From: an uncultured Actinomycetota bacterium
GTDB lineage: Bacteria > Actinomycetota > Actinomycetes > JAHEKZ01
Assembly (NCBI GenBank): GCA_963718235.1
Contig: CAVQYR010000002.1
Coordinates: forward strand, 224,001 to 288,000
Length of the DNA stretch: 64,000 nt
Reading direction: 5' to 3'
This document shows, piece by piece, positions 29,070-41,298 of this stretch. The notes under the pieces are model-generated. The model saw nothing but the letters and a program-made list of their open reading frames with translations, was not told where the DNA came from and ran no database searches. Each line of letters starts with the position of its first letter. The first letter of the stretch is position 1. The position numbers and the translations under genes are program-made.

Positions 29070-32000
29070 GTGAGCCTGTCCGGCCTGCTGGCGGCCCTAC
29101 GGGCCGACCCAGCCGTGACGGCGGCCGTCGAGGGCGCCCACTCGGCGGCGCTCTCGACGCTGGAGATCTCCGGCCCGAGAGCCCTCCCCCCTTCCTCGTC
29201 GCCGCGATCGCCTCGGGGCCGCTCGACGCCCAGCAGTGGGGGAACCGACCGGTCCTGGCCGTGACCTCGACCGGCCGGGAGGCCGAGGACCTCGCATCCT
29301 CACTGCGCTCGCTGCTGCCCGGTGAGCAGGTGGTCGACTTCCCCGCCTGGGAGACCCTGCCCCACGAACGGCTGTCCCCCCGGTCGGACACGGTGGGACG
29401 GCGACTGGCCGTCCTGCGGCGGCTGAGCCACCCGGACGCCTCGGACCCGGCAACCGGTGCGGTCCGGGTGGTCGTGGCACCGGTGCGGGCCGTGCTGCAG
29501 CCGATCGTCACCGGTCTTGGCGACCTGGAGCCAGTCACTCTGCGCGCGGGTGACCCGGTCGACCTGGCGGAGACCGCCCTGAGGCTGGCGGATGCCGGGT
29601 ACTCACGGGTCGACCTGGTCGAGAAGCGCGGCGACTTCGCCGTGCGCGGTGGCATCCTCGACGTCTTCCCCCCCACGGACGACCACCCGGTCCGGGTCGA
29701 GCTGTGGGGCGACACGGTCGAGGAGATCCGGTGGTTCCGGGTCGTCGACCAGCGCAGTCTGGAGGTGGCCGACCACGGCCTCTGGGCGGCGCCGGTGCGC
29801 GAGCTGCCGCTCACCGATGCCGTGCGGTCCAGGGCGCGTGCCTTGATGGACCAGCATCCCGGGCTGGCCGACGTGCTGGAACAGCTCGCCGAGGGCATCG
29901 CCGTGGAGGGGATGGAGGCGCTTGCTCCTGTGCTCGCCGACGGCATGGAGCTGCTGATCGACCGACTGCCGGTGGGTACCCACGTCGTCGTCGTCGACCC
30001 CGAGCGGGTGCGTGGCCGGGCGCACGACCTGGTGGCGACCTCACAGGAGTTCCTCGAGGCCTCGTGGGTCAACGCTGCCCTGGGCAACGTCTCACCGATC
30101 GACCTCGGGCAGGCGGCCTACCGCAGCGTGGCCGAGGTGCGGGCCCATGCCGTGGCTGCCGGCGTGCCGTGGTGGACGGTCGGCCCGTTCCTGCCTGACG
30201 CTGAGCCGGACACCGACGTGGTCGTCTCGTCGACCCGGCCGGCTCCTGAGTACCGGGGTGACACCGCCCGTGCCCTGGCCGACGTCAAGGGATGGCTGAA
30301 CGACGGCTGGTCGGTCGCTCTCGTCACCGAAGGGCACGGACCGGCCGAGCGCCTCGTCGAACGACTCGGCGACGAGGGCATCGCGGCCCGTCTGGACCTC
30401 GACCTCGCACCCGACCTCGCACCCGACCTCGTGCACGTCACGACCGGCCAGATCGAGCACGGTCTGGTGAGCGAGTCGCTGCGGCTGGCCGTCCTGACCG
30501 AGTCGGACCTGGTCGGCCAGCGCTCGTCGACCAAGGACATGCGACGGATGCCGTCGCGGCGCCGCAACACCGTCGACCCGCTGCAGCTGAAGCCTGGGGA
30601 CTTCGTCGTCCACGAGCAGCACGGCGTCGGCCGCTACGTGGAGATGGTGCAGCGCGAGGTCCAAGGCGCGCAGCGGGAGTACCTCGTCATCGAGTACGCG
30701 CCGGCCAAGCGCGGCCAGCCGGGCGACCGGCTGTTCGTCCCGACCGACCAGCTCGACCTCGTCACGCGGTACGTCGGGGGCGAGTCGCCGTCCCTGCACC
30801 GCCTCGGGGGCGCCGACTGGGCCAAGACCAAGGGGCGCGCGAAGAAGGCAGTCCGCCAGATCGCGGCCGAGCTCGTGCGCCTGTACTCCGCCCGGATGGC
30901 GTCACCAGGGCACCCGTACGGGCCGGACTCCCCGTGGCAGCGCGAGCTCGAGGACGCCTTCCCCTACGTCGAGACCCCTGACCAGATGGCCTCGATCGAC
31001 GAGGTCAAGGCCGACATGGAGCAGCCGTTCCCGATGGACCGCCTCATCTGCGGTGACGTCGGCTACGGCAAGACCGAGATCGCGGTACGGGCGGCGTTCA
31101 AGGCCGTGCAGGACGGCAAGCAGGTGGCCGTGCTGGTCCCCACGACGCTGTTGGTCACCCAGCACTTCAACACCTTCAGCGAGCGCTTCGCCAACTTCCC
31201 GGTTGCGGTGAGGCCGCTGTCGAGGTTCCAGAGCGACTCCGACGTCACTGCGACGCTCGAGGGACTGGCTCAGGGCACGGTCGACGTCGTCATCGGCACC
31301 CACCGGCTGCTACAGCCGACGACCCGCTTCAAGGACCTCGGACTCGTCATCATCGACGAGGAGCAGCGGTTCGGTGTCGAGCACAAGGAGCACCTGAAGG
31401 CCCTGCGGACCCACGTCGACGTGCTGACCATGTCGGCCACGCCGATCCCACGCACCCTGGAGATGGCAGTCAGCGGGATCCGTGACATGTCCACGATCCT
31501 CACCCCGCCCGAGGAGCGACACCCGGTCCTGACCTTCGTTGGTCCGTACGACGACAAGCAGGTCGGGGCAGCGGTCCGGCGTGAGCTGCTTCGCGAGGGG
31601 CAGGTCTTCTACGTCCACAACCGGGTCGAGTCGATCGAGAAGGCGGCCCGACGGCTGCGTGACCTCGTGCCCGAGGCGCGGGTCGAGGTGGCCCACGGGC
31701 AGATGGGGGAGCACCAGCTCGAGGACGTCATCCAACGGTTCTGGGACAAGTCCATCGACGTCCTGGTGTGCACCACCATCGTGGAGAGCGGACTGGACAT
31801 CTCCAACGCCAACACGCTGGTCCTGGAGCGTGCGGACACCCTGGGACTCGCCCAGCTGCACCAGCTGCGCGGCCGGGTCGGCCGTGGCCGCGAGCGTGGG
31901 TACGCGTACTTCCTCTACCCGCCGGAGAAGCCCCTCACCGAGACCGCGTACGACCGGTTGGCGACGATCGCCCAGCACACCGACCTCGGTTCCGGCATGG

Positions 32001-32626
32001 CCGTGGCGATGAAGGACCTGGAGATCCGCGGGGCGGGCAACGTGCTGGGCGGGGAGCAGTCCGGGCACGTCGAGGGAGTCGGCTTCGACCTGTACGTGCG
32101 CCTCGTCGGCGAGGCCGTGGCAGACCTCAAGGGGGACCGGCCCGACGAGGTGGCCGACGTCAGGGTCGAGCTGCCGATCGACGCGCACATCCCCCACGAC
32201 TGGATTCCCGCCGAACGGGTGCGGCTCCAGGCCTACCAGCGGCTGGCCGAGGCGCACGACGAGGACGCGTTGGGGTCGGTCCGTGACGAGCTGGTCGACC
32301 GGTTCGGGCCGCTGCCGCTGCCCGTCCAGCGGCTGCTCGAGGTCGCCACCTTCCGCCTCCTCGCCCGTCGGGCCGGGCTGACCGACGTGGTCGGGCAGGG
32401 CAACCACGTGCGATTCGCCCCCGTCGAGCTGCCCGAGTCGCGCACGCTGCGCCTGACCCGGCTGCACCCCGGCACGCTCGTGAAGCCCGCGGTCCGTACG
32501 ATCTTGGTACCCAGACCGAGCACGGCCCGCGTGGGCGGGACCCCGCTACGGGACGCCGAGCTGCTGGCCTGGGCGAGCGAGCTGGTCCGCGACGTCCTGC
32601 TCGACGAACCGAAAGGAACGCCGTGA
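29070..32626 (+). CDS. mfd: Transcription-repair coupling factor (one frameshift near 29190)
   Basis: N-terminus MSLSGLL at 29070, then [30 protein letters not shown] and QLRGRVGR. Frame break lies in a C-run. Confidence 0.95.
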
Positions 32627-33254
32627 CCGCAGTCCGAACCCGTCGCCGCCACGCCGTGGCCGCTCTCGCCGTCGTGGCCCTGGCACTGGCGGCGTGCACT
32701 CCGCTGAAGCCCGGGTCCGCGGCCATCGTCGGCGACGACACGCTGCGTGAGAACGACCTGTCGTCCCTGGCCACCGAGATCAGCGAGCTGGCCTCCGAGA
32801 AGGAGGTCGAGCTGCCCGACCCCGGCCAGCTGAACCAGCGGATCATCGCCGTATGGGTCGACGAGCAGCTCACCACCGCCCTGGCCGACGAGCTCGAGGT
32901 CAGCGCCACCCAGGCCAACGTCGACGACCTCCTCGCGCAGTTCTCCGACGAGCAGCTGACCCAGATCGCGGTCGGCTCGGGTATCGCGCCCTCGGCGTTG
33001 CAGGACGCGGCGCGGGCCGCGGTGCTGCGTCAGGCGATCTCCCAGTCCGTGGCCCCTGACGCCAAGACCCAGGACGAGCAGCTGGCCGCCCTGTCGAAGG
33101 CCTACCTCGACACGGCCGCCCGGCTGGGCGTCTCGGTGAACCCCCGTTACGCCACGTGGAACACGCGCACGGCACAGGTCGAGGCACGCACCGACGGACT
33201 GTCCCAGCTGGCCGAGCCGGTGCCGACCCCGGAGACCACGCTGCCCAGCGGAGG

Positions 33255-33258
<4 letters not shown>
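32623..33258 (+). CDS. SurA N-terminal domain-like lipoprotein
   Basis: Lipobox [12 protein letters not shown] and VSVNPRY..W; typical position between mfd and mazG. Confidence 0.75.
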
Positions 33259-35728
<2,470 letters not shown>

Positions 35729-35734
35729 CGCTCG

Positions 35735-36217
35735 GTGACCACCTCCCGTCGTCCGACGACCCCTCGCCGTGGCGCAGGCACCCGGCCACGCGTCTCGACG
35801 ACCCAGGCTCCGGCCGATGTCGTGGTGCCCCGGCCGGTCTGGTCCCGGTTGACCTCGCGAGCCGTGGTGCTGCTGCTGGTCCTGGCAGCCCTGGTGACCA
35901 CGCTGGCCTTCCCGCTGCGCGAGTTCGTGCAGCAGCAGTCGAAGATCAGGGCACTGGAGCAGCAGGTCACCCTCACCGGTCAGCGGGTCGACGCTCTGCA
36001 GCGGCAGCGGGCGCAGTGGCAGGATCCGGACTTCATCGAGGCGCAGGCCCGTGAGCGCCTGCACTTCGTGTTCCCTGGCGAGATCGGCTACGTCGTGCTC
36101 ACCCCTGAGGACGTCCAGCAGGCTCGTAAGCCGGACGTGCGCGTCCAGCAGCCGCAGCGGGACGCGTGGTACGACACGTTCTGGTCGTCGGTGCAGGCAG
36201 CCGACTCGACCGACTGA
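35735..36217 (+). CDS. Septum formation initiator DivIC/FtsB
   Basis: TM segment plus coiled coil, W.DP.FIEAQARERL..PGE; follows eno. Confidence 0.88.
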   Translation: MTTSRRPTTPRRGAGTRPRVSTTQAPADVVVPRPVWSRLTSRAVVLLLVLAALVTTLAFPLREFVQQQSKIRALEQQVTLTGQRVDALQRQRAQWQDPDFIEAQARERLHFVFPGEIGYVVLTPEDVQQARKPDVRVQQPQRDAWYDTFWSSVQAADSTD

Positions 36218-36218
36218 C

Positions 36219-37655
36219 GTGGGCGAGCCGACCGAGCCCGGCGACCTCGATGCGGTGGCAGCACAGCTGGGTCGGCTACCGCGTGACATCGTCGGCATCG
36301 CCCACCGTTGCCCCTGCTCGCTTCCCGATGTCGTCGCCACCGCGCCGCGGCTCTCCGACGGGGCCCCCTTCCCGACCACGTTCTACCTGACGTGTCCCCG
36401 GCTGACCGCGTGGCTCAGCACACTGGAGGCCGAGGGTGTGATGCGCGAGATGCAGCAGCGGCTGGCCGATGACGAGGACCTGGCGGCGCGCTACCGGTCG
36501 GCCCACTTCGACTACCTGGCGCGGCGCGCTCGGCTGGGACACGTGCCGGAGATCGACGGGGTGTCGGCCGGAGGGATGCCCGACCGGGTCAAGTGCCTCC
36601 ACGCGTTGGCTGCCCATGCTCTGGCTTCCGGGCCGGGGGTGAACCCGTTGGGCGACGAGGCGCTCGCCGTGTTGGAGGTCCGGGGGCTCCGACGTTCTGT
36701 GCCGTGCGTTGCTCGTCCGGACGGGACAGGGACGCGCCGGGTGGCTGCTGTCGACTGCGGCACGAACTCGATCCGGCTGCTGGTCGCCGATGTCGACCCG
36801 CAGTCCGGGGCACTCACCGACGTCGACCGGCGGATGGAGGTCGTCCGGCTCGGCCAGGGGGTGGACCGGACCGGGCGACTGGACACCGAGGCCCTCGAGC
36901 GCACCTTCGCTGCGGTGGACCGCTACGCGGCCCGGATCGTCGAGCTGGGAGCCGAGGGGGTGCGGTTTGCGGCGACGTCGGCCACCCGCGACGCGGCGAA
37001 CCGTGCCGTGTTCGTCGACGGGGTCCGCCAGCGTCTGGGCGTCGAGCCGGAGGTGATCACCGGCGACGAGGAGGCACAGCTGTCCTTCGTCGGTGCGACG
37101 TCCGGTCTGACGGGGCTGACCGAGCCGGTCCTCGTGGTGGACATCGGGGGCGGCTCGACCGAGTTCGTGCTCGGTTCGTCGGTCCCCGAGGCCGCCCGGT
37201 CGGTCGACGTCGGCTGCGTGCGGATGACCGAGCGCCACTTCCACCACGACCCTCCTCTGCCGTCCGAGGTCCGGGCTGCACGCGATGACATCGACGCGGC
37301 GATCTCGGTCGCGGCGTCAGTGGTCCCGCTCAGGAGGGCGGGAACGCTCGTGGCGGTGGCCGGGACGGCGACGACCGTCGCGGCGATCGCGCTGCGGCTG
37401 CCCGCCTACGACGCCGCGACCATCCACGGCAGCGTCATCGACGCGGCCGCTGTCCACCTGATCGCCGAGGACCTGCTCTACCGGACGCGCGACCAGCGCG
37501 CGGCCATGCCCGTCATGCACCCTGGCCGGGTCGACGTGATCGCGGCCGGCGCGTTGGTGCTCTCAGCGATCGTGGCGTACACCGGCGTCGCCCAGCTGGT
37601 GGTCAGCGAGCACGACATCCTCGACGGCCTCGCCCAGTCGGTCAGTCGTCGTTGA
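36219..37655 (+). CDS. DUF501 domain fused to Ppx/GppA phosphatase
   Basis: QLGR, PFPTTFYLTCP and GGMPDRVKCLH (DUF501), then in frame VAAVDCGTNSIRL, ATSATRDA, DIGGGSTE and DILDG (Ppx). Confidence 0.88.
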   Translation: MGEPTEPGDLDAVAAQLGRLPRDIVGIAHRCPCSLPDVVATAPRLSDGAPFPTTFYLTCPRLTAWLSTLEAEGVMREMQQRLADDEDLAARYRSAHFDYLARRARLGHVPEIDGVSAGGMPDRVKCLHALAAHALASGPGVNPLGDEALAVLEVRGLRRSVPCVARPDGTGTRRVAAVDCGTNSIRLLVADVDPQSGALTDVDRRMEVVRLGQGVDRTGRLDTEALERTFAAVDRYAARIVELGAEGVRFAATSATRDAANRAVFVDGVRQRLGVEPEVITGDEEAQLSFVGATSGLTGLTEPVLVVDIGGGSTEFVLGSSVPEAARSVDVGCVRMTERHFHHDPPLPSEVRAARDDIDAAISVAASVVPLRRAGTLVAVAGTATTVAAIALRLPAYDAATIHGSVIDAAAVHLIAEDLLYRTRDQRAAMPVMHPGRVDVIAAGALVLSAIVAYTGVAQLVVSEHDILDGLAQSVSRR

Positions 37656-37745
37656 GGGCAGCGCCTGGTCCGGACCGTCTGGCGGGGATACGGTCAGCGC
37701 CACGACCCCAGGTCGTCGATCGTTTCGACCCCGACAGGAGGACCC

Positions 37746-38435
37746 ATGGGTGAGCAGGTGGACTTCGCCAGCAACGGCGGTTCAGCGAGCGGCTATCTGG
37801 CCGTCCCGGTGGCCGGTCACGGGCCGGGTGTGGTCGTCATCCAGGAGTGGTGGGGGCTCGTCCCGCACATCGAGCGGCTGTGCGAACGACTGGCGGCCGA
37901 GGGGTTCGTCGCCCTTGCGCCCGACCTGTACCACGGAGTCCGTACGGGCGAGCCGGACGAGGCGATGCGGCTGATGATGGGGCTGGCCATGAACACCGCC
38001 GCGGCCGACATCGCCGGCGCGGCGTCCTACCTGGTGGGACACGACGCCGTCGACGGAGGCGCCGTCGGGGTCGCGGGGTTCTGCATGGGGGGCTCGCTCG
38101 CCCTGTGGTCGGCGGCCTCGTCACCCGCGATCGTCGCGGCCGTGGGCTTCTACCCGGCCGTGCCCTGGGAGCGCATGGGCGTCGACTGGTCCGGCTACGC
38201 GGGCAAGTCGGCGCAGATCCACTGCTCGGAGGAGGACGGCACGTCGTCGGCGGAGGGCATCCAGCAGGCGTGGAGCGGCATCCGGGCGGCCGGCGGAGAC
38301 GTCGAGGTGTTCGACTACCCCGGCACCCACCACGCGTTCGTCAACGACACCCGCCCGGAGGTGCACGACGCCGCCGCGTCGGCGCAGGCGTGGGGGCGGA
38401 TGCTCACCCTCTTCCGCCGACGGCTCACCGGCTGA
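37746..38435 (+). CDS. Dienelactone hydrolase family protein
   Basis: QEWWGL, APDLYHG, GFCMGG and HAFVN motifs. Confidence 0.92.
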   Translation: MGEQVDFASNGGSASGYLAVPVAGHGPGVVVIQEWWGLVPHIERLCERLAAEGFVALAPDLYHGVRTGEPDEAMRLMMGLAMNTAAADIAGAASYLVGHDAVDGGAVGVAGFCMGGSLALWSAASSPAIVAAVGFYPAVPWERMGVDWSGYAGKSAQIHCSEEDGTSSAEGIQQAWSGIRAAGGDVEVFDYPGTHHAFVNDTRPEVHDAAASAQAWGRMLTLFRRRLTG

Positions 38436-38467
38436 CCGCGCACGACGGGCCTGGCTGGGAGGGCGTC

Positions 38468-39220
38468 GTGGCCGATGCTCCCGACCTGCGCGCACTCGAC
38501 CTCGCGGTGAGCGAGTGCCGCGCCTGCCCTCGTCTGGTCGCCTGGCGCGAGCAGGTCGCCGCGGACAAGCGTGCGTCGTTCGCCAACGACGACTACTGGG
38601 GTCGCCCGGTGCCAGGGTTCGGGGCCGAACAGCCGCGGATCCTGATCGTCGGTCTGGCGCCCGCGGCTCACGGGGCCAACCGCACCGGGCGGATGTTCAC
38701 CGGTGACCGCAGCGGTGACTGGCTGTACGCGTCGCTGTTCCGGGTCGGCCTGGCCAACCAGCCCACATCGACCTCGTGCGACGACGGGCTCACCCTGCGC
38801 GGTACCCGGGTCACCGCCGCGGTCCACTGCGCCCCTCCGGACAACAAGCCGACCACCGAGGAGCGCGACACGTGTGCCGCCTGGTTCGAACGTGAGCTTC
38901 AGCTCACCGCCCCCACGCTGCAGGTCGTGGTGGCTCTCGGAGGGTTCGCCTGGACCAGCGTGCTCATGGCCCTTCAGCACCTCGGCCACGAAGTCCCACG
39001 ACCACGCCCCCGTTTCGCCCACGGCGCCGAGGTCGCGCTCGGTCCCTACACCCTGCTGGGCAGCTACCACCCCAGCCAGCAGAACACCTTCACCGGGCGG
39101 CTGACCGAGCCCATGCTGGACGGCGTGCTGGGCAGGGCCGTGCTCGCGGGAAGCGCCACCGCATGTCTTGACGTTGAGACAGCGGACGTCGAGACAGGTC
39201 AGCGACCGCGCACAACTTGA
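38468..39220 (+). CDS. Family 5 uracil-DNA glycosylase (UdgB-like)
   Basis: CRACPRLV, GLAPAAHGANRTGRMFTGD and YHPSQQNT motifs. Confidence 0.92.
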   Translation: MADAPDLRALDLAVSECRACPRLVAWREQVAADKRASFANDDYWGRPVPGFGAEQPRILIVGLAPAAHGANRTGRMFTGDRSGDWLYASLFRVGLANQPTSTSCDDGLTLRGTRVTAAVHCAPPDNKPTTEERDTCAAWFERELQLTAPTLQVVVALGGFAWTSVLMALQHLGHEVPRPRPRFAHGAEVALGPYTLLGSYHPSQQNTFTGRLTEPMLDGVLGRAVLAGSATACLDVETADVETGQRPRTT

Positions 39221-39230
39221 CGTCGAGACA
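39164..39230. promoter_or_regulatory. Three GACGTYGAGACA operator-like boxes upstream of ndh
   Basis: TGTCTTGACGTTGAGACA (39164-39181), GACGTCGAGACA (39185-39196) and CTTGACGTCGAGACA (39216-39230). Confidence 0.65.
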
Positions 39231-39256
39231 GTGCCGCCACGGCAAAGGAGGCCCTC

Positions 39257-40633
39257 GTGCCTGCGCCCTACCGTTCGGTCATGGCCAAGACTCGCGCCCT
39301 GCGCGCAGCAACCGAACCCGCCCGTCCGCCCCGGATCCTGATCGTCGGCGGTGGGTACGTCGGCCTGTACACCGCGATGCGCCTGCTGAAGAAGCTGCGC
39401 GACGACGAAGCCGTCGTCACCGTGGTCGACCCCCGCTCGTACATGACGTACCAGCCGTTCCTGCCGGAGGCCGCGGGTGGCTCGGTCTCACCGCGCCACG
39501 TGGTGGTGCCGCTTCGACGTGTGCTTCGGGGGGCAGAGATCATCACCGGTCGGGTGACCGCGATCGACCACTCGGCCAAGCGAGCTACCGTCGCGCCGCT
39601 CGAAGGTGCGGCCTACCCGCTCGAGTACGACATCCTCGTCTCCGCGGTGGGGGCGATCTCACGCACGTTGCCGATCCCCGGGCTCGGCAAGTGGGCGACC
39701 GGCTTCAAGACCGTCGAGGAGGCCATCCAGCTGCGCAACCGGGTGCTGGAGTGCCTCGACATCGCGGAGTCGACCCGCGACGCGTCGGTCCGTGAGCGCA
39801 ACCTGACCGTGGTCGTGGTCGGCGCCGGGTTCGCCGGCGTGGAGGCGCTGGCCGAGCTGCAGGACATGGCGCGGTACGCGACGCGCTACTACCGCACGAT
39901 CAGGCCGGAGGACGTGCACTTCCTGCTGGTGGAGGCGTCGAACGCGATCCTGCCCGAGGTCGGCCCGGAGATGGGCCTCTGGACCCTCGAGCAGCTCACG
40001 GAGCGCGGCATCGACGTGAAGCTCGACACCCGGTTGGAGTCCTGCGTCGACGGGCACGTCGAGCTGAGCGACGGCACCCGGGTCGACGCCGAGACGGTCG
40101 TGTGGACCGCCGGCGTCCGGGCCCACCCAGTGCTGGAGAGCAGCGACCTGCCGCTGGACGAGCGCGGACGGCTCCGTTGCTCGGCAACACTCCGGGTCGA
40201 AGGGGTCGACGACGCCTGGGGTGCCGGTGACTCGGCGTCGGTCCCGGACCTGACCGGGCCCGAGGGAGCCACCTGCGCACCGAACGCCCAGCACGCGGTG
40301 CGCCAGTCCGGTGTCCTCGCCGACAACGTCATCGCCACGCTGCGCGGCAAGCCGGCGACGCCCTACTCGCACAAGTACGTCGGCTCGGTCGCCGGTCTCG
40401 GCCTCTACAAGGGAGTGGCGAATGTCTACGGGGTCAAGGTCAAGGGTTGGCCAGCGTGGTTCATGCACCGCACCTACCACGTGAGCCGGGTGCCCACCTT
40501 GAACCGCAAGGCTCGGGTGGTGGCCGACTGGACCCTCGCCCTGTTCTTCAAGCGCGAGATCGTGTCCCTGTGGTCGATGCACGAGCCGTTCCACGAGTTC
40601 CAGGACGCGGCCGGGACCAAGCGGGCCGCCTGA
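39257..40633 (+). CDS. ndh: Type II NADH dehydrogenase / FAD-dependent oxidoreductase
   Basis: VGGGYVG, YQPFLPE, VVGAGFAGVE, WTAGV and NAQHA motifs; GGAGG SD before GTG 39257. Confidence 0.88.
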   Translation: MPAPYRSVMAKTRALRAATEPARPPRILIVGGGYVGLYTAMRLLKKLRDDEAVVTVVDPRSYMTYQPFLPEAAGGSVSPRHVVVPLRRVLRGAEIITGRVTAIDHSAKRATVAPLEGAAYPLEYDILVSAVGAISRTLPIPGLGKWATGFKTVEEAIQLRNRVLECLDIAESTRDASVRERNLTVVVVGAGFAGVEALAELQDMARYATRYYRTIRPEDVHFLLVEASNAILPEVGPEMGLWTLEQLTERGIDVKLDTRLESCVDGHVELSDGTRVDAETVVWTAGVRAHPVLESSDLPLDERGRLRCSATLRVEGVDDAWGAGDSASVPDLTGPEGATCAPNAQHAVRQSGVLADNVIATLRGKPATPYSHKYVGSVAGLGLYKGVANVYGVKVKGWPAWFMHRTYHVSRVPTLNRKARVVADWTLALFFKREIVSLWSMHEPFHEFQDAAGTKRAA

Positions 40634-40724
40634 CCGGCCGCCTCCCCGGGCCGGTTCGGTATCCCGAGACGGGGCCCACGCGCTAGCGTGACGTCGTTCG
40701 TCTCACGTGAGGGGGTGCCGGTCG

Positions 40725-41225
40725 ATGACTCTGTTCCTCGTCGTCGGCATCGTGGGAGTGGTCCTGCTCCTGGTGGCTCTGGTGGCCGACGACGTCCTCG
40801 GCTCGGTCGTCGACAGCATCGACTTCACCGGTGGGTACCTGTCGACCACGGCGATCGCCGCCTTCCTGGCCGCCTTCGGCTTCGGCGGGGCCCTGGTCGT
40901 GTCCGGCGGTGGCTCGCAGGCCATGGGTGCCGTGGTCGGTCTCGGGGCGGGCCTGGTGATCGGCGGGATCGCGGCCGTCGTGACCCGGTCGATGCTCAAC
41001 TCCCGGACCGACGAGACGATCACCCCCGAGCACGTGGTCGGCTCCGCCGGAACCGTGATCACCCCCATTGCCGAGGGTGGCTTCGGCGAGGTCAGCGTGC
41101 TCGTCGCCGGGCAGCCGCTCAAGCTGAACGCGCGCGCCGACGAGGCCCTCGCGATGGGCACCGCCGTCACGGTGACGGCGAGCCTGTCGTCGACCTCGGT
41201 CAAGGTCGCCAGGCGCGCAGAGTGA
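40725..41225 (+). CDS. NfeD-like membrane protein (flotillin partner)
   Basis: Three TM segments plus OB-fold GTVITPI..GFGEV; precedes flotillin. Confidence 0.8.
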   Translation: MTLFLVVGIVGVVLLLVALVADDVLGSVVDSIDFTGGYLSTTAIAAFLAAFGFGGALVVSGGGSQAMGAVVGLGAGLVIGGIAAVVTRSMLNSRTDETITPEHVVGSAGTVITPIAEGGFGEVSVLVAGQPLKLNARADEALAMGTAVTVTASLSSTSVKVARRAE

Positions 41226-41298
41226 CCCGCCTCCTCACGGTCGGCGCGGGCCGGCCGGATACCGCGTAACGCTCACCGAACCCACTGGAGCTGCCCTC

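Noticed and set aside
29180-29195. Programmed frameshift in the mfd 5' end
   Set aside because: The break lies in a C homopolymer within an indel-rich stretch, so sequencing error is more parsimonious.
30395-30430. GACCTCGCACCC tandem repeat in mfd
   Set aside because: In-frame DLAP-DLAP micro-duplication in a variable loop.
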